The notes: generated by a model not told the origin, from the sequence alone. Positions 35,763-48,428 are shown, numbered from the whole stretch's first letter. The stretch is 63,671 bases of DNA, filler included, from Octopus bimaculoides (GCF_001194135.2; 4 parts of 4 records of this genome joined end to end with filler, not necessarily neighbours in it); one strand, 5' to 3'. Numbers and translations are program-made.

Positions 35763-38036
35763 ATGTGAGTGCATATTTTTGCACATTTTTTATCCATTGT
35801 TGTTGTATAGGCGTGAAAACCTTAAAGATGTTAAGTCACCTAATATACATAAAATATTAAGCAGCTCTCTAAGAAGTAACAGTTTTTGTGCTATTTCTTT
35901 AGGAGGTGTTTAACCCTTTAGCTGTGAAATTATTGGTTATTGGCTATTCCAGTAATGATGTTAAACATCTAACAAAAACTAGAATTGGTATTTTCTGCAA
36001 GTCACATTACTTCAGTAAACTTTACATATCTTAACAGAAAACATTTATGTTGGGGAATATCATGTTTGAAAATATTTTCTTTTGGGATATCTAGAGTATA
36101 TTGAGGCTTATTGTACAGTTTCAGGTCATTACACTCGATCATCACACTTCTCACAAAGCTTTACACGGAAAAATACTTGATGTCTTCAACAATAACTCCA
36201 CCGTCACTGACAAAATTCAAGTTGCTACTGAATCCAGGAAAGCATTGAATTCTTTTACTCGCTACCAAAGTATAAGTAGAACATTAACCCTTTTATTGTG
36301 AGAAGCAGATATCTCCATTTAAAATTGTACTACCCTTAACCGCGGAAAGCAGTTTTATATAACACATAAAAGCTTATTCGTTGACTCTAGAGTTGTTCTT
36401 GTGCTTTAGGTGATGTTAATTCAGTTAATTATTTTGTGACGTTTTAGAATTGGAATTATTTCTTCTGGTTTTCAGTATCTAAGGATATTACAATATTTGT
36501 CTAAGTAGTTGAAGATGTTTATGTGAAAAATAATTCCTTCAAGCCTGTAGGAGTATGTGAAAGTGTTTCATCTGAGAAAGGCCTTGCAGTTATGAACAAA
36601 GCGCAAATCTTGAGTTTTGTATTTCTGCCATCTTTACATATTCGTCTTTAGGTTAGCATTCGAAAACTATTTGATAAGTATTCTTACTTTTGGAGTAAGA
36701 GTGTTGCTCGGAATATTTATTGTGGCATGAGATGCTTCGTTGCAAATTTTAGAGTAATTGCTGATCTATTTAACTCTATTTAGTGGTTTACTACTTGTTT
36801 TGTGATTCATCATCGATACAACTGTATGGCATTTTCTTTTTTTTTTTTTCTTCTTTATTTATGAATGTTATTTATTTGAAATAGCTAGCATTCTATTTGA
36901 ACAGCATTCTTCATATTTGAGCTCATTTTATTCTTTTACTCGTTTCAGTCATTTGATTGTGGCTATGGTGGAGCACTGCCTTTTTGTTTAATATTTTTAC
37001 GCACATCCAAGAGTGATATCATATGGTAACCGAGCAATGGATGGGTTAAATCGAAATGGATGGCAGAGTCGGTAGTCCGCTTAACAAAATGCTTTTTAGT
37101 ATTTTGATACCAGAACCTATTTTTACTTTTCATTATTACAAAATATCAGTAAAATACTGAGAGGTGATTCAGTCGAGTCTATTTTTCCTCTTTAAATGTC
37201 AACCTTGGACCACACATATTCGAAACTGCGTGATTTCATTTAAAATGTTTCCAGTTTTGACAATTAACATTCGTGTTATACGTTTTACTTCTGCCTGACA
37301 GAAAACTCTCAAAGCTGGAAGTTAGAAATTATTATTCTTGAATACTAAAAGCATGACTTCATATATTTTTTTTTAGACTCTCTTTATATCACCAACAAAT
37401 TCATTTTTCATAAAACAAAAGCCGTCAATTTAATATTAATATTAGATAAAATTATGACACAGCCGACATATTTAGAAATTCAATATTTCTAATAGGAAAA
37501 AAATAAAAACATTACTCTCTGGATCAGGTCCTATCTGGAGATGATGGCATACTGGCAGGACCCAAAGACCTGCACGAGGCAACACACCGTCCTGGCCTGC
37601 TCTCAGCTCAGAGGACAGCACACCTTTGATGTTCTGAGTTCTAATTCCACCAAAGCTGACCTTGTCTTTCATCCTTTCGAGGTCGATAAAATAAGTACCA
37701 GTTGAGTACTGGGGTTGGCATAATCGACTTAACCCCTTTCCCGACTATGTTGGTCTTGTGCTAAAATCTGAAACCAATATTATTAATATTAAGTTCATAT
37801 CGTTTTTCCCATACTATAATGAAACACGTAACATGGAATTAAAAATATACCTAACTTTCCAGTTTTTGTCTTGATATATACACACTCTACAAACGGGATT
37901 AACCAGAATTGTCAACTAGTATGCATACCTCATTTAAAATAATACATCTACATACACAATTTTAATTATTGGAATATGCAGATGTGCTTCGTGGGACATA
38001 GTTTGGATTAACACTCCTTTTATACACTATATATAT

Positions 38037-38440
38037 ACTAGCGGGACCCGTGAATATTTCACGGAATTAATAGTAAACCTATTGGGTTACTCCTGAAAAC
38101 TTTATCCAACAGACCTGAAAGCACAGCCTGTGTTGTGTCTGTATCAAAAGATAGTCGCTCATCTGCTAGTCATTGAAAAGTGAAAGAAATTGGAATACGA
38201 TGATTACTTAATACATTTTATATACTTTATGCACAATTTTATCGACTAATACACAGCACTCATGAAATAAATATTCACTCTTTATTTTTTCATTTTCCCC
38301 ATAGATAGAGAAAATTACATTTTAAAATTTATATGGCCACCATTTCATATCTAGAAAACAAAAATTTTATAGTAAAAAAAATTATTTTATTTGTAAAATA
38401 TAGGGGTCCCAATTTCACGGGAGTAAAAATTTAATGTAAC
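38037..38440. mobile_element. Possible non-autonomous Helitron/Helentron-type element
   Basis: Starts ACTAGCGGGACCCG with hairpin CCGTGAA-TAT-TTCACGG (38048-64); related GGGGTCCC...TTCACGGG near 38402. Confidence 0.35.
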
Positions 38441-39490
38441 ATGGCATGATCTGAAAACCACATCGCTGGTAACTTATAAGCCAAGGCGATGGGTCAAAGC
38501 CAATACACATTTCAATTTGCGTTCACCTTTCAATCCGATACCTTTTTTGCAGACTTTCTTTGTGTAAGTTCTCCCTCTTCTTTTCCCTTGTTTGTTAATG
38601 TTGATAACTTTAACTCTTTGAGAGAAGAAAGATGGTGTGATAGAGTGAAGTAAAGAGATAGAGAAAGAGAGAAAGAATGTCTATATCTTTAGAAAGAAGG
38701 AATACGAAGAGAAAGAAGAAAAGACGATGTGATGATGAAAGATGGTGTGATGGAGTGAAGTAAAGAGTTAGAGAAAGAAAGAAAGAAAGAATGAGAAGAG
38801 GAGCGAAGAGAAGAGGGAGAGAGTGTCTCTAAATATTTAGAATGAAGTAATAGAGAGAGAAATAAAGAAACGAGGAAAGGACAGTGCCATGTAAGGGACT
38901 GAGAAAAAGAGAAAGAGAGAGAAGAGAGGTTATGCAATCTCCTGAATAGAAATCGAATTGGATATGGAAATATGAAAAAAGGAAAAATGTATGCTTGTCT
39001 ACAACTACGGAAAAGCAAAACATAAGGAAAACACTTTCTGTAAAATTTCAGTTTCACTTTTCGTCTAATCATAGCTTTCAATCAATGATTTCTAGAAATA
39101 AATATATATGTATAGTGATATTCATATATATACATATATATATACATATATATGTATAGTCATATTCATATATATATCATCATCATCATCATCATCATCA
39201 TCGTTTAACGTNNNNNNNNNNNNNNNNNNNNNNNNNNNNNNNNNNNNNNNNNNNNNNNNNNNNNNNNNNNNNNNNNNNNNNNNNNNNNNNNNNNNNNNNN
39301 NNNNNNNNNNNATAACCTTATTGTATGGAATACACATAGAAATTTATATCCAATAAAATAAGAAGAAGAAAATAATATAAGCATTTAAAAAACCTATTAT
39401 AAAATACAATAAAATTATTTGAAAAATGTTTGAAAATATATATATCACATACCTGTTATTAGTCTGTGGGGCAAGAATATATTTTTAATC

Positions 39491-41760
39491 AACGCTACAC
39501 GTAATTCTGCGCTGGTGGTGTGTTTATTAAGGTGATACCTAATACATAAATCCACCAGTACGTCCTCAAGCTATTTATCTTATTGTTATTAACGGATCAA
39601 AGTTAAAAATACATATTATAAGTCATATTAAGAATAAAAATATAATAAAAATATATACATTACAAATATATTTTTTAAAATTAAAAAATAATTAAAAACT
39701 TTAAAAAATCTTTAAAATTTATAAAATTAGACACTTAAAATAACAATACCGATATATATATTTATAGAAAATGCCAAACCTAGGGAAACCCTCAACGACT
39801 ATATTATAAACATATCAAATCCTACAACCTATCTATTTAAACATTACAGGAATTAATAAGTTAGTGTGCGATTTACCTCTATCTATTCAAGTATAAATTA
39901 CCATTTTTATGTCAAACGTAAGTTACTAGTATTTAAAAAGATTATTTAGTAAAAACCACTATATAAGTTATAAATTTATTGAATAAAACTAGTAAAAAAT
40001 CTAGTAATAAAATTAACAAAGGAAGAATACTTATCGACATAATGTTTACTTCTTCTCGTTCCTGTGTAAATGGCTGCTCCCTCTGTCATGCGCTAAGTAT
40101 TATGGGAATAACATAAATAAAATAAAATACTCTGAAAAATTCTCTAAGACTAATAATATTAGAGAGATTGAATTCAAGGGGAGATAATAACGAGAAATAT
40201 GTGATACTCTTAAATCTAGCTATAACTGGATTTTTTCATAGTGTTTAAGATTTAGAGATTTATGTTAGATTAAATGTAGCCTGTCTATTCCTTTTAAGGT
40301 AATATTCTTTAATAAATTCTTGGATCCTGGTATATCCGTATTTAATACTACTATAAAAATCTATAACTACTACATTAAACTATCTTCCTCATAATTGTTT
40401 ACGAGATTAGATACTAGGGCGGGGGTGGTAATTTAATATATTTTTCATTTTATTATACGTAAGGTTATTCTTATGTTGGCATTTTATTTCCTATCTCTTC
40501 AATACTGTTCAGTAATACCTCTCTCGACTGGAGTATTTTCATAAACTCTGTTGTGCATAATAAGTACATTTTATTACCTATTCTATATGACTTCGCTCTA
40601 CAAATGATATTCCAATTAAGGGTGTATTCTCTTTTATTAGATTTCAACTCCCATATGTATTTATTTAGACCTGTCGAATTTATTAATTTGGGATTTTTGA
40701 AGGACTGATAATGCTGGAAAATTTCTCTCTTCGTTCGCTGTGGATCCTATATATTCTTTCTTATTATTATTATTATTATGAGAGATTACTGTACATTTAT
40801 AAATTACGTTATCTAGGTTGCAATTATTATTAAGCCTACATTTGGATTTGTCTTTACGTGTGCATTTATTTAAAATACGGTTATGTTTTTTTGTTTGTTA
40901 TATTTCTTCCGTTGCTATTGTTAATATTAGTTAAATTGTTATAGAATTTGTTTAATTTGACATTGTTTATTGAGGATATAATGTTACTTACGTTTCTTGT
41001 TGTAGAATAGCCCACTCTGATAGTTTTGTTTGAGAATATTTTCGAGTATGTTTTGTTATTTTTAAAGGACGTTTTTATTATGTTCATAATTTCTTTAATT
41101 AAGTTAGTTTTGATTTGGACCCCATAAGGGATAATTAACCATATAATTTCTTTATGTTTATTATTATTATTAATATTACTATTATTATAATTCTTATTAT
41201 TTTTGTTCATTGTCAGTGCATTCTTCGTGAGTATATAATAATTATGCTTATTTCCATCTGAATTATTTTTGGTATTATCCTTACTATGATCATTTTTATT
41301 ATTATTTTTATTTATACATATATTATAATTATCTTTATTTATTTCCTTATATTGTTTATTATTAACTTTGCTATTACTTCTATAGTTGGTTTGAGCGTTC
41401 GGATGATAACTAGTATTATTATTGGGTCCGTAATTATTAGAGAATTTAAATTTCGTATTATATCCAGCTTCTTTTAATGCACTATTATAGTAAGAGGCAT
41501 GTTTATTGAAAGTATCTATATCCGAGGATAACATAGAAATTCTTTTACCTATATTCTCTATTAGTGCTTTTTTCATTGAGCTAGGATGGTTGCGATGGGC
41601 ATTAATGTACTTAAGGTCCTCGTTTAATTTATGGAATGATAAAATCCCAAATTTGTAATAATAATAATAATATAAATGATACTCTTTACATTGCATTAGT
41701 AAAGTGTAAAATAGTAAATGTCCTGATGACCTGGAATACTTATTATTCCCTAAGATTTTA
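39491..41760 (-). mobile_element. Penelope-like retroelement: RT thumb plus GIY-YIG endonuclease, 5'-truncated and decayed
   Basis: YINAHRNHPSSMKKAL (thumb), IIWLIIPYG, IRVGYSTTRNVSNII; after a frameshift CTRKDKSKCRLNNNC and VIYKCTV...KEYIGST (GIY-YIG); degenerate hammerhead at the 3' end. Confidence 0.85.
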
Positions 41761-41917
41761 AATATATATATATGTATGTATGTATATATATATGTATATA
41801 TATATATGTATATATATGTATATATATACATATATACATATATGTATATATATGTACATATATATCAACATACGTATATATACATATATATATATATATG
41901 TATATACATATGTATAC

Positions 41918-41958
<41 letters not shown>

Positions 41959-42390
41959 CGTGTGTATACGTGTGTGTGTGTATACATTTATATAAATAAG
42001 GATAAAATCGATATTTAAATATCGATTTTATCAAGTGGCCAGCATGAACATTTTATTGTGGTTTAGAGTCAAAATTTTGCTGCTATTTTCGGCATGGCGG
42101 TATCTCATAAATGCCCTAAATTATATGTATATACATAAACCAAATCCAAAAACGAAACATGTATATACATATATATGCATATATATATATATATACATAT
42201 GAATACATATATATGTATATATATATATATGCATATATATATATATACATATATGAATATGAATATTTATATATATATATATATATGAATACATATATAT
42301 GTATATATATATATGCATATATATATATATACATATATGAATATGAATATTTATATATATATATATATATGAATACATATATATGTATAT
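41760..42390. repeat. (TA)n/(TG)n compound microsatellite with higher-order duplications
   Basis: Directly visible. Confidence 0.9.
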
Positions 42391-42828
42391 NNNNNNNNNN
42401 NNNNNNNNNNNNNNNNNNNNNNNNNNNNNNNNNNNNNNNNNNNNNNNNNNNNNNNNNNNNNNNNNNNNNNNNNNNNNNNNNNNNNNNNNNNNNNNNNNNN
42501 NNNNNNNNNNNNNNNNNNNNNNNNNNNNNNNNNNNNNNNNNNNNNNNNNNNNNNNNNNNNNNNNNNNNNNNNNNNNNNNNNNNNNNNNNNNNNNNNNNNN
42601 NNNNNNNNNNNNNNNNNNNNNNNNNNNNNNNNNNNNNNNNNNNNNNNNNNNNNNNNNNNNNNNNNNNNNNNNNNNNNNNNNNNNNNNNNNNNNNNNNNNN
42701 NNNNNNNNNNNNNNNNNNNNNNNNNNNNNNNNNNNNNNNNNNNNNNNNNNNNNNNNNNNNNNNNNNNNNNNNNNNNNNNNNNNNNNNNNNNNNNNNNNNN
42801 NNNNNNNNNNNNNNNNNNNNNNNNNNNC

Positions 42829-43171
42829 CTCTGAAACCGAGGCTGCTGCAGTATCTCGTTCTTATGTGAGATGCAGTGGACGGCACCTTTGGCACCATGC
42901 AGTGGCGACCTGTGCGGGCATTCCTGTAGTACTTGATGCCAAAGTTTGGCACCAGTCCTTCCAGTATTTTCCATATGTATACTATTACATATCTCTCCCG
43001 CCTGCGCTCCAGGGAGTAGAGACCTAGTGCCTTCAGTCGCTCCCTGTAGTTCATCTGTTGGACTGTGGCGATCTTTTTTGTATAGTGCCGCTGAATTGCC
43101 TCGAGTTCTGCTGTCCGCTTAACACTGTGTGGTGACCACAACTGAGAGCAATAGTCTAGGCGGCTCAGGAC
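42829..43171 (-). mobile_element. CR1/L2-group LINE RT C-terminal fragment
   Basis: LSRLDYCSQLWSPHSVKRTAELEAIQRHYTKKI...YRERLKALGLYSLERRRER. Confidence 0.9.
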
Positions 43172-43433
43172 AAATATATATATGTTTATATATGTGTATA
43201 TATATGCATATATATATATGTATATATATCAATTAGAAAATGGAGGATAATATGCTGAACCCAACTACTTGCAAACAGTGTATCCCGTTGAATTCATTAA
43301 TTTAATTCATAGTTAAAGTGACAAAAAAAAAACACAAAGTACAGGTGTTTATGACAAACCATGTTATTTTGCCAACCGGGTTTACAGATAGAAGTACAAA
43401 GTACATAAGGAATTAGAGAATGAGCATAAGTTT

Positions 43434-43562
43434 AATCTTACAGCTGTTTCGGCCTAGCTTTGGTATGTCCCATTCTATCCGAATAATTCTTGCCGGAGTG
43501 ATTATCGGATGAAGTGTTGAAATGGGGTTACATGCACGAACCGCTAGGCCTCTTCAGAGATT
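43434..43562 (-). ncRNA. Canonical type I hammerhead ribozyme with extended helix II
   Basis: Minus strand AATCT-CTGAAGA-GGCCTAGC[84 nt]GCTAGGCC-GAAA-CAGCTGT-A-AGATT. All core nucleotides present; 5-bp stem I, 8-bp stem II, palindromic helix III ACAGCTGT, GUA cleavage site (cut between 43439 and 43438). Confidence 0.85.
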
Positions 43563-44672
43563 CACAAAGGGTTTCATACAAATATAGAGTAAGAGATAAA
43601 AAGAGAGATGGAATAGAGACAAGAACAAAAACAATAGCAAAAATAAGATAAAAATAAAAATTAAAAATTAAATTAAAATAAAAATAAAAATCAGGGTACA
43701 GCAGGAAAAAATAATAATAATAAAAAATATATAAATGAAAAATGAAAATATAACATATGGGAAATATAAAAATATATTTTAAAAAACCTAAAAATATAAG
43801 GCACATAAAGAGCCTACAAACATTACAAATAGCTATAGACACTCCAATGCATATATATGTGTGGGTTCATGTGCATAACCATACTCAGATATTCCCTTAC
43901 TCACATGTATACATATACAAGTATTTATACACAGGCATTCTACTACATACGCGGTTTGTGGCATCAGTGTTATCTGCCGTATTTAGAAAGTTGTAAGTGT
44001 TTTTTAAAAAAGAAGTTTTGCTGAGTATGTGTGTGTGTCATTTCTATATATTTTGGAAGGGTTTATGTGGAAGTTCATTTTACACGAGTTATTAATGTTC
44101 TAGTAGCAATAACAGTGATGATGACGATGATGATGACAACAACAATAATAATATGCCAAACTTTCAAACTTTGCGGTGTAGGATATCCTGCTGCTTCTTC
44201 CAACAGTTCGAACATTCTACTGCTAATGGGCGAGAGTTAATTACTACCGTTATTTCCACCCTTCCAATTGGACAACTATTGTTTGAAACTGTCTACGCTT
44301 AGCTACGGTTGGATAGACACTAACCGGTCAAGAGGCTAGTTAGTACTAGCTTGCGTACGTACACCCCCCCCCCCACACACACACACACACACGCGTGCTA
44401 TGTATATCTCCCCATATTCATACTCATGCGTACGTATATGTATATACACATGCACGCGCGCAAGCACACATCTCTTAATTCAACTTTATACTTACATAGA
44501 AGGGATAAAAATATTAATGTAATGGTAATAGAATTAAATTAGTAGACTTTTAAGAAGACTATAAGCAGATAAAAATAATAGTAATAATAAGAATAAATAA
44601 ATAAATAAATAAATCACCATCCTTATGTATATACATATAGATATACACGCATACACACACAGCCACATATAC

Positions 44673-44717
<45 letters not shown>

Positions 44718-45648
44718 CACACACACACACANNNNNNNNNNNNNNNNNNNNNNNNNNNNNNNNNNNNNNNNNNNNNNNNNNNNNNNNNNNNNNNNNNNNN
44801 NNNNNNNNNNNNNNNNNNNNNNNNNNNNNNNNNNNNNNNNNNNNNNNNNNNNNNNNNNNNNNNNNNNNNNNNNNNNNNNNNNNNNNNNNNNNNNNNNNNN
44901 NNNNNNNNNNNNNNNNNNNNNNNNNNNNNNNNNNNNNNNNNNNNNNNNNNNNNNNNNNNNNNNNNNNNNNNNNNNNNNNNNNNNNNNNNNNNNNNNNNNN
45001 NNNNNNNNNNNNNNNNNNNNNNNNNNNNNNNNNNNNNNNNNNNNNNNNNNNNNNNNNNNNNNNNNNNNNNNNNNNNNNNNNNNNNNNNNNNNNNNNNNNN
45101 NNNNNNNNNNNNNNNNNNNNNNNNNNNNNNNNNNNNNNNNNNNNNNNNNNNNNNNNNNNNNNNNNNNNNNNNNNNNNNNNNNNNNNNNNNNNNNNNNNNN
45201 NNNNNNNNNNNNNNNNNNNNNNNNNNNNNNNNNNNNNNNNNNNNNNNNNNNNNNNNNNNNNNNNNNNNNNNNNNNNNNNNNNNNNNNNNNNNNNNNNNNN
45301 NNNNNNNNNNNNNNNNNNNNNNNNNNNNNNNNNNNNNNNNNNNNNNNNNNNNNNNNNNNNNNNNNNNNNNNNNNNNNNNNNNNNNNNNNNNNNNNNNNNN
45401 NNNNNNNNNNNNNNNNNNNNNNNNNNNNNNNNNNNNNNNNNNNNNNNNNNNNNNNNNNNNNNNNNNNNNNNNNNNNNNNNNNNNNNNNNNNNNNNNNNNN
45501 NNNNNNNNNNNNNNNNNNNNNNNNNNNNNNNNNNNNNNNNNNNNNNNNNNNNNNNNNNNNNNNNNNNNNNNNNNNNNNNNNNNNNNNNNNNNNNNNNNNN
45601 NNNNNNNNNNNNNNNNNNNNNNNNNNNNNNNNNNNNNNNNNNNNNNNN

Positions 45649-45689
<41 letters not shown>

Positions 45690-46638
45690 TATATACACAC
45701 ACATACACAAATATACATACACATACACACTCACCCATATATACATGCTAAGAAGTATCCTACTCAAAGTTGATACACTCAAAGTGAGCCATTATGGTGG
45801 TTATTTGTGGACTTAGTGAATTTACGTGTGATTGTATTTTAATGTTTCCACTGTTCAATTAAAACAAGGGGCGTTAATTACTATAGGGATAATAATGAAA
45901 GGGGATGGCCCTAAGGTTAAGTACCCTACCTAGCTATCATTAGCTTACATAATTGAGTAAATGAATGAATAAATAGTTGTCATTGCTATTGCTGNNNNNN
46001 NNNNTGAATGAATAAATAGTTGTCATTGCTATTGCTGCCACCACCAGCATCAATACCCCCACCGTATGCGATATCGCTGGCTGGTTAATTAATACATTGG
46101 TTTAGATGGGAAGATAAGTAGATAATAATCGATCCGACGGACAATCGATGAATAAGACCGTCCAAATCCTGGCAGAATATCGCTGAGTACCAGAGGCCCT
46201 AGTATGCGTAAGGCTGTCGCCCCCATATTCTCCTATATACTCGAAATGTGCATACACACACGCATATATGTCCATGTGTATATATCTCCACAGGCACACA
46301 ACATTTTCATGGATGATTGTAGGTACCCAGGTTCACACATATTCATATACGGACATACATACACACATTTGCCCGCACACACACACACACACACACACAC
46401 ATAGACATTAGATGATACACACATCTACATACGTATGTATACATACACATTTCTCCATACACCCGTCTATATATGCATATCTGTACGTACATATACACAC
46501 CCATATATATTCCCATATACAAATTATGTTCCCTCGCATACACCCATACATACAAAACTGTGTAACCAACAATCAGTACATCCGTATGTACACAACTACA
46601 TACCCACCTATACGCATACACATACATACATATACACC

Positions 46639-46697
<59 letters not shown>

Positions 46698-46978
46698 NNN
46701 NNNNNNNNNNNNNNNNNNNNNNNNNNNNNNNNNNNNNNNNNNNNNNNNNNNNNNNNNNNNNNNNNNNNNNNNNNNNNNNNNNNNNNNNNNNNNNNNNNNN
46801 NNNNNNNNNNNNNNNNNNNNNNNNNNNNNNNNNNNNNNNNNNNNNNNNNNNNNNNNNNNNNNNNNNNNNNNNNNNNNNNNNNNNNNNNNNNNNNNNNNNN
46901 NNNNNNNNNNNNNNNNNNNNNNNNNNNNNNNNNNNNNNNNNNNNNNNNNNNNNNNNNNNNNNNNNNNNNNNNNNNNNN

Positions 46979-47010
<32 letters not shown>

Positions 47011-47335
47011 GCACATACACGTACATACACCCACGTATGTACTAACAAGCAAATAGATATGCAGGTGAATACACACAGGAGGAGTATTTATAGTAATAAA
47101 AACCAACAACAACAATAACAACGACAACACATGTAGATACATCTACATGTGCATATACATACACACATACCTATACCCATAGATACTTATATTAATATTA
47201 ATACAGGGGCGGTGCTTGTAGTGCTAACTATTCTCTAATGTATGTCTGCCTGCCTCTATGTGAATATCAAGCTAGGTATACCTGCTAATTTCTATACCTA
47301 TATATACACACACACACATACATACACACACACAT

Positions 47336-47388
<53 letters not shown>

Positions 47389-47619
47389 CCAGCACAATGC
47401 CAGCAAGGTATAATTAGTTATCGCTAACGAAAAGCGGTGCCCTAGTACTAGGTTTTCTCTTATATTAATTATATGTATGTAGATGACAGAATTTGATATA
47501 CCATAACATAGCATAGGAATAGTGGTTAACTTAAATAAATACTATTTAAAACAGGGGCGGTATCTTGACCCGAGTTCTACTTGAATTTAGAGAAAGTACA
47601 TCCAATTCTGTGAAGGCAT

Positions 47620-47971
47620 AAAACGTTTCTTTCCTTCAAACTATTGTCGTTAATACAACTTTTCGGCTGATACACCCTCCAGCCTTCATTAGGTGTCTTG
47701 GGGAAATTTCGAACCGAGGTTCTCATTCCTAAGGTATTTTTTATGTTATTATTATTATTATGATCATCATCATCATTATTATTCAGGTCAATGCCTGGAA
47801 TCGAACTCGGAATATTGGGACTAAGAGCGCGGGCTACTAACCCCAAGATTCTGAGTTCGATTCCAGGCAGTGACCTGAATAATAATAACAACAACAACAA
47901 CATCGAAAAATACATTAGGAATGGGAACCTAGGTTCGAAATTTCCCCAAGACACCTGATGAAGGCTGGAGG
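47620..47971. mobile_element. Foldback pair of tRNA-head SINE copies
   Basis: 47676-47819 is an imperfect reverse complement of 47842-47971; B box GAGTTCGATTCC at 47853; the loop is the anticodon-like arm GGGCTACTAACCC. Confidence 0.85.
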
Positions 47972-47975
47972 TTAC

Positions 47976-48009
<34 letters not shown>

Positions 48010-48363
48010 CGGAAGAGAGAGACAGGGACAGACAGACAGAGAGTGTTTGTAAGAGCCTTGCTATCATGTTAATCTTTCGTATGTCCAAAATTTGGCCAAA
48101 TGCGTTTTTTTTTTTTTTTTTTTTNNNNNNNNNNNNNNNNNNNNNNNNNNNNNNNNNNNNNNNNNNNNNNNNNNNNNNNNNNNNNNNNNNNNNNNNNNTT
48201 TTTGCCTGAAATAGCCAGTTCTTCTTGTCAAACTATTGTATTTCCAGCTGCTTCAGGTGCCAAGATATCAAATATTGTCAAAGTTAAGTACAACTGTTTT
48301 GCTATGGAATGGTGAAACTATTTTGTCATTTTCTGAAAAAACATTTTCGACTTTCGACACTTT

Positions 48364-48403
<40 letters not shown>

Positions 48404-48422
48404 ACGAATGCATGAATGAATC

Positions 48423-48428
48423 TTTATT
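48423..48428 (-). promoter_or_regulatory. AATAAA polyadenylation signal of the ABCB gene
   Basis: TTTATT on the plus strand, about 125 nt past the stop. Confidence 0.6.

Noticed and set aside
36101-36301. 66-aa plus ORF with a possible acceptor near 36125
   Set aside because: No homology recognised and no partner exons.
44324-44361. TCAAGA-GGCTAGT-TAGT-ACTAGC...CGTACGT, possibly a very decayed hammerhead
   Set aside because: Core and GAAA both missing; only the hairpin and a palindrome remain.
45962-46037. 33-bp direct repeat around a 10-N gap
   Set aside because: Contig-overlap artefact.
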